Source: Camelus dromedarius
Lineage: Eukaryota
Reading direction: 5' to 3'
Assembly (NCBI RefSeq): GCF_036321535.1
Contig: NC_087447.1
Location: forward strand, 47,866,001 to 47,930,000
DNA: 64,000 bases
Part shown: positions 1-11,010 of the stretch, one piece after another
Numbering within the stretch: the stretch's first letter is position 1
How the letters are laid out: every line of letters starts with the position of its first letter
The notes under the pieces: model-generated
Seen by the model: only the letters and a program-made list of their open reading frames with translations
Told to the model about the DNA's origin: nothing
Database searches by the model: none
Made by a program: the position numbers and the translations under genes

Positions 1-914
1 TCCCCCTGTGAGGAGCCCAGCAAGCATTCTGCCTGCAAGCCTGAAGTGGGGTCAACTCCCTCCAGGATCTGATCTGAATCCCAGAGGGACCAAGTCTCTT
101 GCTCAGACTGAGGCCAGGCCATTTCCTGTTTCAGACAGCGGACTGAGGGTAGTGTTTCCCTCCTGTCTCCTAGAAGCAGCAAGTGGCCAATGGGCAGTGG
201 CCTTGGGTGCCTGGGATGTGCTGGACACCATTCCTGCTGGCCAGTGGCTCATCACAGGCCACAGGGACCCTTCTCAGCACTTGACTCATATAGGCAGGAA
301 TAGCTCCATTCTTCAGGGAGAGAAACCAAGGTTCAGGAAGGGGCAAGACCCACCCAAAGGAGTGTCCAGTGCTGTACTATGAACCCAGCCCAGGGTCAGG
401 AGTGGGGACCCTGAGATCCAGCTGGCAGTGACTGCTTGGGGGTGGGTCCTTGAGAGGCAGGGTTCTAAGGCTGACTTGGCCAGTTTGTGGTAAACATCAC
501 CCACCAAGAACAAGTGGGGTGTAAGCTGTAAAGTGCTTGATTATTGTACCAGGATTGAAGGGTGCCAGCTAGTGACTGAGGGTAGCTCAGGAAGTAGCTA
601 TCAGGGAGTCAGTGCCCACAGGTGGAAGAGGGTCTGAGGACCCCAGGAGAAGGGCTTTGGCCTTGGGCACACCCCCATGAGGAGCCTACATTCAGGGCTA
701 AGCTGGGAGAGCCTAAACCTGAGTTAATCCTGTAAGTCTTCCTCCTCCTCTTGTGTGACTGCTTTTGTTCCCTGGGGAAATCGAGAGCCTGTGGTGACCA
801 GGAACACCACAAATCTCAGGCGGCATCTGGGCCTGCTTAGGACTGTGGCAAGAATTGCCAAGCCTGGGAAAACAAGGTCTATGAACTGGGGGTTTGTGGG
901 CACTCCAGGAGTGG

Positions 915-1110
915 GCATGTGTGTGTACTACATGCAGAGACACGAGCACAGGCAAACACGTGTGAATAAACATATACACTCCAGGGCCACTCACATAGAC
1001 ACACACGTGTACCATTCCAAACACAAGCACTCTTGTGAATACATGTGCATCTTCCCAGTCAGACCCACACATAGCTGACACCTGCTATGACACACACACA
1101 CACACCCCCA
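915..1110. repeat. Degenerate (CA)/(TG)-rich low-complexity tract
   Basis: Many cacac/gtgt runs, ending in (AC)n at 1091-1104. Confidence 0.7.
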
Positions 1111-1273
1111 TGCAGACATTCATGTAGGTACCTCCTCTCCTGGCCTGGGGGCCTGCAGTGTGGGATGCGTGACCCTCACAGTTACCTCAGGCTTACTCTC
1201 TCCTCCAGGAATAAGCTTTCCAGGCCTCCCAGCCTTGTCCCTTTCCAAGTCTCCTGCCTCACCTTCCCACCAC

Positions 1274-1563
1274 AAGAACAGAGGAAGGGCTTTTGTGTCA
1301 GCTGCCAGCCCACTGGGTTAGGAGCAGAGGTGTCTTTGTCTTTTCTGAAGAACTGGTTCTGTGGAATTTTCACTTCTTTCCTGTCAAGGGTCAAAGGCCT
1401 GCTCTGGAGGCTTCCTCAGGGCCCCACAAGCTCAAGGAGGCTGGTTTTTAGACAAACAGGGATGTTGAGCAGGTAACAACCCCTGTCATGTGAGTGGTGC
1501 CTAAAAGTTTGCAGAAGGCCTTCTTGCCAGTGTCTAGCTCATTATTCATGATAGTCCTAAGAT
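1274..1563 (+). other. P2RY6: Probable upstream non-coding 5' exon of P2RY6
   Basis: The stretch gagcagaggtgtctttgtcttttctgaagaactggttctgtggaattt...cctcagggccccaca...ttcttgccagtgtctagctcatt resembles the 5' end of human P2RY6 cDNA as I recall it. Candidate donor GT sites: 1473 (CAG|GTAACA), 1490 (CAT|GTGAGT), 1564 (GAT|GTAGGT). Boundaries are approximate. Confidence 0.6.
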
Positions 1564-1680
1564 GTAGGTGCCTTAGTTTCCTCCCTTTAACAGATGAGAG
1601 AACTGAGGCCCAAAGAGGGATGGGACTGACCTGAGGTCACACAGCAAGATGAGGCAGAGTTGACCAAAACTTTAATCTCC
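1535..1680 (-). mobile_element. MIR SINE
   Basis: Antisense MIR core: ttaacagatgagagaactgaggccca...gaggtcacacagc. Confidence 0.8.
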
Positions 1681-3116
1681 TGGGCTTGGGCTGAGGGGAA
1701 GTGGTTTCAGTCTCCTGGGGCTTAGAGAAGACTTTGGCCTGCCAGAGCTTGGAGGATGGGGTAGGCTGGGGCTACCAAGTGAGCCCAATGGAGGAGCGCC
1801 TCCCAGGCCAGTGCTCTGCCGAGGCTCAGCCCTTAGTCCACCCTTGTGGACATGCCTGAGGAGAGGGCAGGAAGGAGAACAAAGACACTTTTGCCTTGCT
1901 GTGTGAAACAGGCAAGTCCCTGCCCCTCTCTGGGCCCAGCACCTTCTTTCTATAGAAAAACATCAGGCTTGGTTAGAGAATGCGCTCTCTCCGAGCCTGG
2001 GGAAATCTTCTGCAGGGCTGCGAGTCTAATGCAGGCCCTGGTGGTCCTGAGTTGTGACCTGTGCCCAGGGAGCCCTGGCCTTGGCCCCTGGCCTGCTGCT
2101 GAGATCCACCGAGGCTGAGCCTGGCACAGAGATGTGGGCTCAGGACCTGGGGTCTCCTCCAGGCTGGGCAGAAGGTGGTGTTGTGAGAAGAGGACCCAGC
2201 AAATTCAGATGGCGCCCATCCACCCCCTGGATTTCTGTCCCTAACTCTCCCTATGTTTCTCTATAGCTCTTGTCTCTGCCTGAGCTGTTCATTATTTAGT
2301 TAGTAACTAAAATGAACTAGTCTCCCTTGCTAGAATGTAAGTGCTTCAAGGGCAAGGGCTTTGTTCTGTGGTCCCAAGTGCCTTGAGCATTATCTGCACA
2401 GGGTAGTTGTCTTATAAGTACTTATAAAAAGGAAGCAGAGGAAGAGGAGGACTAATCTTATGGATGAGGAGGGACTGGCCCACACCCACCATTGATCTGA
2501 AGCAGAGACACCCTGGCTGCATTTCGTTAAGCCCAAGCGCAAAGACTGATGGGAGCTGGGGAAGGGGATGGTGGCCTGGGCTCCAACTTTTTCACCCAAA
2601 TCACTCTCAATCTGAAGAGCTATCCTCAGTCCCCAGGGGGAGGGCATGGCATCTGGACCTGTGGGGCCAGAGCTATAGACAACAGAGCCATTCATCTCGG
2701 GGTCTCAGCCTCTTTTAACGGGCCTTCCAGGCACTGCCGAGAAAACCAGGTTAATTGTTCCCAATGGCAGCAATGTGCAGGGCCGGGATGCTCTCCAGAC
2801 TTGAGAAAGGCTGGGAGAAGACTGAGGGGTGGGGTGGAGAGGAGGAGAAAAATGGTCATTTGATGAATGGCTACTCTAGGCCAAGCCCTGATCTTTAAAT
2901 ATCACCTCACTCAATCCTCCCAACGACCCTTTGATGATACCCATTCTGGGCTTGAGCACATTCAGAGGACAAAGTGGCTGCTCACAGCTGGGTAGTGGCT
3001 GGGACAGTCTTGGTATTAGGGACTTGAGCTGGAATGTTCTTGGGGTTTGGGCCCCAGCCCTGCCACTGGCCAGCTCTGTGCTGTAACAAGTTACTTCCCC
3101 TGCTCGGATTTCTCAG

Positions 3117-3263
3117 TTTCCTCATTGGCTGTCTCCCTGCACATCTGGGAGACATGCATGTGACAGTTTGTGGCACGGGAACTGGCTAGAAGCAGGGACT
3201 GCTCCAGGAGTCAGAATCTGCCTCAACGCTTGACAGATCAGCAAGGAGCTCGCTTTCTCCTGG
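3117..3263 (+). other. P2RY6: Probable non-coding 5' exon of P2RY6 (internal exon or alternative first exon)
   Basis: tctcagtttcctcat...gacagttt...gcagggactgctcca...tgg resembles the recalled human P2RY6 5' UTR. It ends in a strong donor TGG|GTGAGT (GT at 3264-3265); candidate acceptor tttctcAG at 3115-3116. Confidence 0.7.
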
Positions 3264-5764
3264 GTGAGTGTTCTGGGCCCCTGCTTGAGAGTACAGAGCC
3301 CCCACCTCCCCTGGGAACTTGGTCCATTTGCAGCCTGGAGAGGGAGTGGGAACAGCTTGGGGGGGGGGGTCTTCCTTCCTTCCTTGGCCTGGCTCTGTGC
3401 CTTGAGCTGCAGGCTGTGCAGTGTGGAGGGCAGAAGAGATGGAGACACGGGGACTGGGCTGGGCTGTGGTGGAGGAGTGGAATAGCTCAGGCAGGATTGG
3501 GAACCACATAGGACTGGGTCTGAGTCCCAAGGACAGTTGCCCTTTATAGGCTTCAATTTGTAAAATGGGAGTAACAATGGTCTCCCCCTGAGTATTTGAA
3601 AACTGTCAAGTGTTGTATACTGGTGAGCATCCCTCAGGGAGGAGGCTGTGTCCCCGGGAGCCTGCAGCAGGCAGAGGCTAGGAAGGAGCAGGACCAGATA
3701 GGAGTCCACAGGAGAAGCCCCTGGGAAGCTCTTGCCTCCACCGTCCCAGATAATCTCAAGACAGCCTGGAGCTGACCCCATATGACTGGTGGGGAAAGTG
3801 AGTCTCTGAGTCCTGGTGTGATTTACTAAAGGGGAATGAAGCAGGGTGAACTAGTGTATCTGGGGGAGCTGGGTTAAAACTTTTCTGATGTTTCTGTTGC
3901 CATTCAACTCCCACGACACCACCACCAAAAGATAAAAATTGAGCAGCACAGCCCATGGGATGGGCCCTGGCCTCTTAAAGATATCGCAGATGCGTATCTC
4001 TTGCCAGCTCTAGAATGGGTCCTAAGCCAGTTCAAGGAGTCTCTCCACCTCTCAGTATCAAATGAGATGATAAATGAGAAGGCTCTTTGCAAACTGTAAA
4101 GTGCTGTGTTTCTGATGGTGCATCTGCGTGTGTGTGCAAGCCCTTGGGTGTATATGCCTAAGTGAGAGTGTGCAGCTTGTGAGCGTGTGTGCACAATCTC
4201 CTGGCCTGGCTGGTGGGGTAACTCCATGCTGCCCAAGGCTCCCTGTTTAGCTAGGACTCTTCTCCTCTAAACTTCTTGCAGTCTTTTTTCTGTGTTTCCT
4301 CATTGCTTCTTAGTTCACCAGAAGGGAGGGCGCCATGGTCCAGAAACCTAGCGATTGTCTGTGAGCCTGCTGACTCTTCTCCCCTCCTGCCCACCCCCAC
4401 CGCCTCATCCTGTGGCTGCCCCTGGAGGCCTGGCTGCCTGTCGCTCCCAGCATGGCCCAGTCTGCAGGGCTGGCAGCTTGTCTGGCTCCTCTGTGTGGCC
4501 CACCTGCCACCGCTTTTCCCTCCAGTGCTCTGCACCAGCCACTCTCACATCATTGTCTCACTGAGTATTCACAACATCCCAGCATCCCCCCACCACCTGC
4601 CAGGTGCTCTTATTATTCTCATTTTATAGGCAAGGAAATGAAGTCTCAGTGGGGGAAATGGCTTTCCCAGAGTTACCCAGCCCAACTAGTAGCAGTGCTG
4701 GGGTTTCTACTCCTACCTCCAAAATTTATCCTAACTGTTGTGGCCTATCTAGCAGGGGTGTGCTGGCTGGTTGGCTAGACGAATAAATGAATAAATCACT
4801 CAATCGATATTGAGATGAAAGAGAAGGTTAAACAATGATAACAATGGCTATTGCTTAGTGAGCACCTACTTTGTGCTAAGTGCTTCACGTTAAAGCAAAT
4901 GCAGGCAAGATTATGGTTTTCCCCATTTTGCAGTTGAGGAGGTTCAGAGAAGTTAAAGCATCTTGTCCAGTGTGGGACCTGGGATTCTAACTCATCCTCC
5001 CTAGAGGAGCAGAGCCTGGTGACAGGTGCCCATTGTGGCAAAGGCCAGGCAAGACTCTTAGGAAGTTATGTCTAAAGGGCTCTCCCCAGTGACACCCACC
5101 CCCACCCCTCCTGTCCCAGGGCCATTTCCCCATTTATCTCTGAAATGGGTTTCTATTTCAGTCTATGGTGGGGATCTGCTGGTCCAGATCTGACTGTTCC
5201 TCTCTGTTGGCACATCTAGTGAGAGCCAATGCCCTGGCCTGGGGACATGGCAGTATCTTCCTGTTCCTCCTGCCCCAGGGCCAGCCTTGTCCTTAACAGC
5301 TTCCATGGGATGGCAGGCCTGTGCAAGATGCAATAGTGGATCTGTGGAGATGGCCTGGGTGGGTCAGTGGCATCTGTACCCAGCCCTGTGCTGGCTGCCA
5401 GGGACCCAGAGAGGAGTAGAGCCAGCCCTTTGCTTAGAGGACTCATGGGCTGGGTACTGAGGCCTGGGTGGATTAAGTCTGTAGTAGTGGGGAAAGAGCT
5501 TGGCATCCTGACTCCCAGTGCAACACTGATTTTCATGGCCTGGGACAGAGCAGGAGCTGTTCTGTGGCCCCAGGAGAGAGCTGACATGTGGAGTCTAGGA
5601 AGCAGATCTCAGCTCCAGGGGATGATATTATCTCTTTCAAGCCAGGAGGATGAGAATCAGCTGGTCAGGTCAGCCTGAAATTCCCTGAGGGCCTTCTGTT
5701 GGGGGACAGGATAGGGGTAGGGGACACTCTTCAAAGGGAAAAGAAATCAGATGCTGAAATCCGA

Positions 5765-5930
5765 GCTGGGTTTAAATCTAGATACTAGCATTTGCTGGCT
5801 GTTGGCTGACAAGTTATTTAACTTCTTGGAATCTTAGTTTCCTCATTTGTAAAATGGGATAATAGTATCTACCTGGCCAGCTCATGGAGTGTATAAAACA
5901 AGATAATGCACATAAAATTACTTGTAGGTG
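5765..5930 (+). mobile_element. MIR SINE
   Basis: ctgggtttaaatc...caagttatttaac...cttagtttcctcatttgtaaaatggg. Confidence 0.8.
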
Positions 5931-6599
5931 TTTAGGAAGTTTGAGTTCACTTCCCTCCTCACCCTGGAGAGCTCTTCATCTGAGGGAGGGGATATTCCTT
6001 TAGGCAGCAGCTAGTCTGATTGTTGAGGCAAGAGACAAAACTTGTAAGATGTTAGAAATGAACTCCCCGGATTCACCAACACTTGACACCGTGGTGCACA
6101 GTCTTATTTCTCATGTCACAAAGGGGAGATACAGACACAGAGAGGCTGATGTGTAAGGCAGCCTCAAACACCTCTGCTGTAGAAAGTTGCTAGAATAAAA
6201 CAGACAGATTAAAATCTGCACAGTCCCCAGCCTCCTGACCAAGCTGGAAACCTCCCTGTCAGACTTTCAGACTTAGATTCACTGAGGACCTACTTTGTGC
6301 TAGGCCCACATTATAGCTTTATTATAGGCTTATCTTTACAATAACAGCAACAACCATGAAAGGTTAATACCGTACCCACGTTTAGTAAGTGGGGAAGCTG
6401 AGACTGAGTGTTACACTACGTGCTCAAGGTCATACAGCTAATAGAAGCAGAGGGAGGATTCGAACCCAGGACACTCTGGCCCTGAAACCCATGACTCTCC
6501 TACTCCATAGGGTACTTGTTCCACAAAAGATATCAGGCCTCATATCAGAAATACATAAAATAAAAAGACAAAATATAAATGACAACATAAAAAGAGGTA

Positions 6600-7350
6600 A
6601 TTAGGGAAATATAAATCAAAATCACAATATGATACCAACTTATACCTAGTAAGATGGCTATCAAGAAAAAGACGGACAATAAGAAGTGTTGGTGAGGATA
6701 TGGAGAAACTGGAACTCTCAAACAGTGCTGGTAGGAATGTGAAATGGTGTAGCCACTTTGGAAAAACTTGTCAGTTCCTCAAAAATTAAACGTAGAGTTA
6801 CCATATGACTCAGCAGTTCTATTCTTAGGTATATACCCAAGAAAATTGAAAGCATACATTCACATGAAAACTTGCATACAAATAGTCATAGCTGTGTTAT
6901 TCATAATAGCCAGAAAGTGGAAACAACCCAAATGTTCATCAATTGATGAAGGAGTAGACAAATATGGTATATCCATAAAATGGAATATTATTCACCTATA
7001 AAAATGAAATTCTAATCCATGCTACAGCAGGGTGAACCTTGAAGACATTGTGCTAAGTGAAATGAGCCAGAAACAAAATGGTGCCTATTATATGATTTAA
7101 TTTATGTGAAATATCTGGAATGGGCAAATCCATAAATATAGAAGGTAGATAGGTAGTTTCTACAAGATGGAAGGAGAGAGGAATAAGGAGTAACTGCTAA
7201 TGAGTACAGGCTTTCTTTTGTGGTAGTGAAAATGTTCTCAAATTAGGTAGTGGTGATGGTTGCACAGTCTAAAGAATATACTAAAAACCACTGAACTGTA
7301 CACTTTGAAAGGGTGAATTTTAGGTGCATTATATCTTAATTAAAAAAAAA
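6600..7350 (+). mobile_element. Old L1 (L1MB-like) fragment: end of ORF2, 3' UTR and A tail
   Basis: Typical L1 3' sequence (gtgttggtgaggatatggagaaactggaac, gaaacaacccaaatgttcatc, gggtgaatttta...ttaattaaaaaaaaa). The track ORF 6768..7001 resembles the L1 ORF2 C-terminus. Confidence 0.9.
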
Positions 7351-7628
7351 TACAGGAGCGAGAATATACAAGTTACATAGAACTTGAGACTAACGTCGGT
7401 CCTAAGGTAGGAACATAGGGAAACTCAACTACAAGCTTCCTGGCAGCTGGAGTGAAAAGGGAGAAACAGCCTCCAAGAGGAAGAAAGTGCTAGCTTGTTA
7501 GGGAAACCCACTTTTCCAGGATGTAGCTCTCGGGCAAGATTCCCACAAGGCTACCTTGCCTATCATAATGACTTGTCAAAAACACCAGTTTCCTAAATCT
7601 CCCACCTGAGATTCTGATGCAAGTAGCA

Positions 7629-8134
7629 TTAGGGACTATGAAGGGCCTGAGATGTTACCACACTTACAAGCAAAAAATTAGCCTACTACAGTTCCATGGA
7701 TGCTGGCAGAAGGACTAAGACTCCTAGCTAGAGACAAAGAACTCTGTTCCTCACATCAGTGGCAGCAGGGAGAATGTCAGTATTAGCACTGGTTCCTCAA
7801 GCCCCAATTCCCACAAGGCATTGCAAGGGCCAGATAATACCTGCCCATGCAGTGGGTTGCATTGCAAGACAGGAATCCAGACCTGAGGCAACTCAAATCT
7901 TTTCTAATGAGCAGTAAGCCTGCCTGACATTTGCCCCACAGGAAGACATTATCTCTGTCATGACAGACAGCCAACAAAACTGCCTTGTGCTCCAGAGGGA
8001 GACACTGTCACTATCTTCCAGGTCTATATGCTATGTATACGTCGCTGAAAAGATCTTCTGGAATAAAGGCAGTCTGTCTCTGCTCGATAGACAGGCCAAA
8101 ATCTGAGAGACCCATGAAGAATTGTCTCCTGACA
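7629..8134. mobile_element. Solo LTR, MER77-like
   Basis: ttagggactatgaagggcctgagat...catggatgctggcagaag...gaattgtctcctgaca resembles the MER77 consensus as recalled. Confidence 0.65.
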
Positions 8135-8164
8135 GACACATAGATACAATGGTCAGGGCTGTTT

Positions 8165-10040
8165 TCGTTTGTTATTGTGGTAAAATATACATAACATAAA
8201 ATTAACCTTTTTTTTTATCATTTTTTTGGTCGGAAGATATACATAACATAAAATGAACCATTTTTACTCACAACACTTCTGACACCAAATATGTGGGGGG
8301 GGGGGTTTCTCTTGACACCAGCTAATTCTGACATCATCTCTGAGGGTTAGTGCGGACCCCTTAGGTTAAGGGCTAAGTCTCACAAGACAAGACTACCTCC
8401 CCTGCCCAGCCCCTGCCAAATTCAGATACCAGTCACAAGTCCTGAGCCTCCTGTACTTTTGACTGGCTATAAATCAGGAGTTTCCATGACCCCCTCCTAG
8501 GGTTCAATAATTCACTAGAATGGCTCACAGAAATCAGGAAAGCATTTTATTTAACTATCACCAGATTATTATAAAGGATACAACTCAGAAACAGCCAATG
8601 GAAGAGATGCACAGGGCAAAGTATAGGGGGAGGGGCCAGGAACGTCCATGCTCCCTCTGGGTGGGCGATCCTCCCAGCACTGCGATGTGTTCACCAACCC
8701 AGAAGCTCTCAGAACACTGTTGTTTAGGGTTTTCCTTGGAGGCTTCATAATGGAGGCACAATTGTTTATATCATTGGCCATTGGTGACTGAACTCAATTC
8801 AATCTCTAGCCCCTCTCCCCTCCCTGGAGGTTAGGGATCGAGGCTCAAAGTTCTAAGCTCATCAAGCTTTGTTCAGCCTCCATCCTGAAGTTATCCAGGG
8901 GCCTGCCAAGAGTTAACAAAAGATGCTCCTATCGGGAAATTCCAAGGGATTTAGGAGCTCTGTGTCAGGAACCAGGGGCAAAGACAAAATATATATTTCT
9001 TATGCCATACATAAAATTTTCCATTTTAACCTTTTTGAGTATACAGTTCAGTGGCATTAAGCACATTTACATTGTTGTGGAACTATCAGCACTATCCAAA
9101 TTGAAAACTTTTTTGTCCCAAAATGGAACACTGTACCCATTAAACAATAACTCTCTATTTCTCTCTCCTCCAGCCCACTATTCTACTTTCTGTCTCTATG
9201 AATTTGAGTAATCTAGGTGCCTCATATAAGTGGAATCATACAATATTTGGCCTTTTGTATCTGGCTTATTTCACTTAGGGTATTTTCAAGGTTCATCTGC
9301 GTTATATCATGTATTAGAATTTCCTTCCTTTTTAATGCTGACTAATATCCCATTGTATGTATATAAAACCATTTGTTTACCTGTTCTTCCATCGATGGAC
9401 ATTTAGGTTGTTTTCATCTTTGGGCTATTATAAATAATGTTGTTGTGAACCTTGGTGTATAAATATCTGAGTCCCTGATTTCAGTTCTTTTCACCTAGAA
9501 GTGAAATTGCTGGATCTTTTAGTCATTCTATGTTTGTTTGTTTGTTTGTTTTTGAGGAACTGCCATACTGTTTTTCACAGATCTGCACTATTTTTACATT
9601 CCCACCAGCAATGTGCAAGGGTTCCAGTAGCTCCACATCCCTACCAACATGTTATTTTCCATTTTTTCTTACATAGCCATCCTGATGAGTGTGAGGTAAT
9701 ATAGTTTTGATGTGCATTTCCCTAATGATTAGTGATGTTGAGCATCCTTGCCCATGTTCATTAGCCATTTGGATATATTCTTTAGAGAATGTCTATTCAA
9801 ATCTTTTCCCAATTTTTGAGTTTGGTTGTTTTTTGTTGTTGAGTTGCAAAAGTTATATATATATATTTTTCTGGGTATTTATCCCTTATCAGGTATATTG
9901 CTTGCAAATATTTTCTCTCATTCTGTGGGTTGCCTTTTCATTCTGTTGATGGCATCCTTTGATGCACAAAAGTTTTTTAATTTTGATGAAATCCAGTTTA
10001 TCTATTTTTTCTTTTGTTGCCTGTGCTTTTGGTGTCATAG
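8165..10040 (-). mobile_element. Old L1 (L1MA/MB-like) 3' fragment, interrupted by the MER21-like LTR
   Basis: Antisense L1 3' end (ttattgtggtaaaatatacataaca...taaaattttccattttaacc...gtacagttcagtggcattaag). The minus-strand ORF 9889..10077 (MTPKAQATKEKIDKLDFIKIK) is L1 ORF2-like. Confidence 0.9.
8254..9011. mobile_element. Solo LTR, MER21-like, nested in an L1
   Basis: TG...CA termini flanked by TAAAA direct repeats (8249-8253 and 9012-9016). Internal motifs (cacttctgacaccaaa, ctagaatggctcacagaa, gtgtcaggaaccagggg) are typical of MER21. Confidence 0.8.
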
Positions 10041-10774
10041 TGGTCAGGCCTGTTTTTATTGCACATGACAAATGCAACTAATTTGGGCAAGAACGGTATT
10101 AGTGAATGTAAAGGAAAATTCAAAGGCTGACCTAGCTCAGACACGGTTAGAGCCAGCAGTTACAGTGATGCCATCAGAACTCTCTCTTTTTGTACACTTT
10201 CTCCTGATTTTCTACTGGTTCCTACACTCTCATCCAAATTTTTCCAGAAGCATCAGGCTTCCATGACCCTCATAGCTAATAATCCTGGGAAAGAACCTTT
10301 CACGCTGGTTCCACCAAAATGCTGGAGTAGACGCTAATTGGTTTCCCCTGAACCAATCACTGGTTAAGGGTCTAGATAGATGCTCTGATTGATCAGCTCT
10401 GGGTCAGATGCCTGCCTTGAATGAGCAAGATTACCATGGAATGGAGGAGGGGGCTCCCCATTTCACAAGCTGCTTGACAGGCAAACATTCTTCCCCCAAA
10501 GTGGTCCAGGAATCTGATGGGTAGCAGGGTTGGGAGGCTTTGTTTGACAGGACATGCCTCACCTCAGATTTCCCATGGGGGCACTGGAAGTAGAAGGAAT
10601 CCTTTTAGTTGGTCCCTGAAGACTTCCTGGAGGAGGCAGCATTTATGGTGCCCTGTGATTAGTAGGAGGCTGAGCCCAAGCAATCTGGGTCCCAGGCAGA
10701 TTAAGCAGAGCAATGGAGGGGCTGAATTTCCCTGCCACCTGAGAACCTCCCTACACTAACCCTCGTGTACTGTA

Positions 10775-11010
10775 GGAGCTAAGACTGTGAACTCTGGAGC
10801 CAGACTGCCTGGGCTCATAGCCCAGTAGCCATTCCTTCTACCTCTGCTACCTTGGGCAAGTCAGCTAAGCTCGCTGTGCCTTGGTTTTTCACTTGAGGTA
10901 TAAAATGGAGATAATACCAGTCTTATCTCGCAGGGTCATTATGAGGATTAAACAGGGTACTGTACATCCGGCACAGAGTAATAGTTCAATACTTGTATCA
11001 TTTATTATAA
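10775..11010 (+). mobile_element. MIR SINE
   Basis: ctctggagccagactgcctggg...ccttgggcaagt...taaaatggagataata. Confidence 0.8.

Noticed and set aside
3122..3781. 219-aa minus-strand ORF antisense to the P2RY6 5' exon
   Set aside because: Runs through MIR-derived sequence and a homopolymer run; no domain similarity that I can recognise.
6768..10077. L1 ORF2-like peptides as protein-coding genes
   Set aside because: Short, degraded retrotransposon fragments.
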